Shown: in pieces, positions 62,536-64,000 of the stretch
Numbering within the stretch: position 1 is the stretch's first letter
Layout of the letters: the number at the start of each line of letters is the position of its first letter
Assembly (NCBI GenBank): GCA_976551045.1
Contig: CDPCPM010000007.1
Location: 22,072,001 to 22,136,000 of the forward strand
Direction: 5' to 3'
Origin: Glaucostegus cemiculus
Lineage: Eukaryota
DNA: 64,000 nt
Made by a program: the position numbers and the translations under genes
Notes under the pieces: generated by a model
Database searches by the model: none
What the model was told of the DNA's origin: nothing
The model's input: the letters and a program-made list of their open reading frames with translations, nothing else

Positions 62536-64000
62536 GAACTTGCTGGAGTTCATTCAGAGTTGCCCTGCATGCATTCACCTGGACTGGATGTGAAGGGTTA
62601 TCATGCATGTCCTCCACCCCCTTGAGTTGGCTGCAGTCAATGTGATTGCACCCCAAAATGCTAATGGGAGATCCTGACATTGGGAATGGAGCTTTGCCCT
62701 TTAAAAGCAGTCATGGATCTTAACTTTTTAAATCTCTTGCTCAGAGATAATTTAGCAGCAAACTATTGAATTTTAAATGAATAATTAAGGATAAAGAATA
62801 TTACTTAAAAGCATAAAAAGCACTAAAATAATTTTAAAATACCAAAGAAAAAAATTTAAAATAAAAACTTATCTTCACTCTGCTCCCTAATCTACAATTC
62901 CCACTAAAATCAGGTTCTCAGGTTTTGTATCAGCTCAGACTCTTGAGGATCAGAGAAGCAATTCACCAGCCTACTGGAATCATTGATGGTGATTCTAGGT
63001 GGTGGGTCCACCCAGCCAGTCATCGCTCAATTTTAGCACACACAGCTGACAAGGTGTCCAGCACTAATGTGCAATTACATTTAAGGATCTCAACAGGATG
63101 TAATCACACCCCTACTGGACTCTGTGGCCTCCGTGTCAGTCCGGCAATGGAGCACGGTGACGAGTTCACTAACCCCATGTCACTCCCATCGTATTCTGGC
63201 AGTTAGTCCCAGACACAAGTCTGGGACATAGTTCAATTTGAAAGATTGAACGCCAATAGTCATTTTTTGGAACTGTTACCCAAAAGATTTGGCTCATTTT
63301 ATTGTAAATGTAGGGACCAGGAGTTTTGAGTCTGGGCACATTCAGTGAGCAGGTGCAAACTGGGCTCATTTTCAGATGTTTTAAATAATTTCTCTCAGGT
63401 TTCTGCTCCAAATCATTCTTCTATCTCCAAAAAAAAATCCTTGATAAATTTATAAAGAGATAACCAAGTGCAGCTAGATTAATAGAGTTGAAAATGGTTA
63501 TAACAGAGCTGCAAAAGCACTTTTTTAAATGGCTTTAACATGGACCTGGCACTGAAACAATGAATCAAATGGCCACCTACTGCGTCTACTGACTCTAGCA
63601 GCTGCCGGTAGCTTTAAGGAATTCGGAGCAAGAGTTTATATAAAGAACTGCCAGTTGGAGCCTCTTTCATAATATTTATCCAAGGTTATTTTGTAATCCT
63701 CGTTTATACTTTAGTATGAATTTTCCATATCCAATTTTAAAGTATGATAAATGAGAAATAATTCAAATCAGAATTGTTGATATTACAAAGAAATACAAAT
63801 AATTTGTAAAAAAACTGTACAATTTTGCCTCAGTTCATAAAGATCCACACCATTTACTTTCCAATACTTTTATTATCTGTTAAGGTAGAACAGATCTTTA
63901 ATATACAGCCGTGGAGGACATCAAGCTAATTGGAAGTTGCAGCTTGTATTTAATGTGAAATTGAGCTTAAAAATTCCAATTATCTAGTGGGAAAATGCTT

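Noticed and set aside
1-64000. Prokaryotic defence system, CRISPR array or operon
   Set aside because: No long ORFs, no repeat-spacer arrays; the sequence is vertebrate intronic DNA full of LINEs and SINEs.
54543-64000. Next TIR exon (betaC-alphaC)
   Set aside because: I found no phase-0 exon with a hydrophobic strand followed by S/T..Y..S..C by eye; it probably lies beyond the window.

Overview
This is eukaryotic, AT-rich, mostly intronic DNA, not prokaryotic: I see no operons, rRNA/tRNA genes or CRISPR arrays. The repeat complement (HER1/CR1 LINEs, HE1-type tRNA SINEs, Rex1/Babar, RTE, Penelope, Harbinger relics) points to a cartilaginous fish, probably a batoid; this is inferred from repeat recognition. 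Nearly all ORFs in the track are spurious or retroelement remnants. The main unique content is three phase-compatible + strand exons (7971-8144, 45531-45610, 54390-54542). Spliced, they read ...GNKLAINFEQQLFQTALNILTYHLWPRSRTTGIILKQAYLNRVAEGVKLLQVLATSSS-ASVFWPFDSDEVNPKVFISYQWDVQSK-VQKMRDYLEAHGLPCWADL...EILQSQIQRTMK. This looks like the tail of one TIR-like domain, a linker, and the N-terminal half of an invertebrate-type TIR_2 domain (FISYQWD...CWAD), unlike the canonical vertebrate TIR proteins. The first intron appears to be a ~37 kb GC-AG intron. Other notable items are decayed hammerhead-ribozyme cores in Penelope termini and their fold-back derivatives, a young solo LTR with a 4-bp TSD, two SINE subfamilies with the same head but different LINE-derived tails, and Harbinger transposase and Myb/SANT fossils. 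Family calls come from motif recognition by eye and repeat boundaries are approximate.
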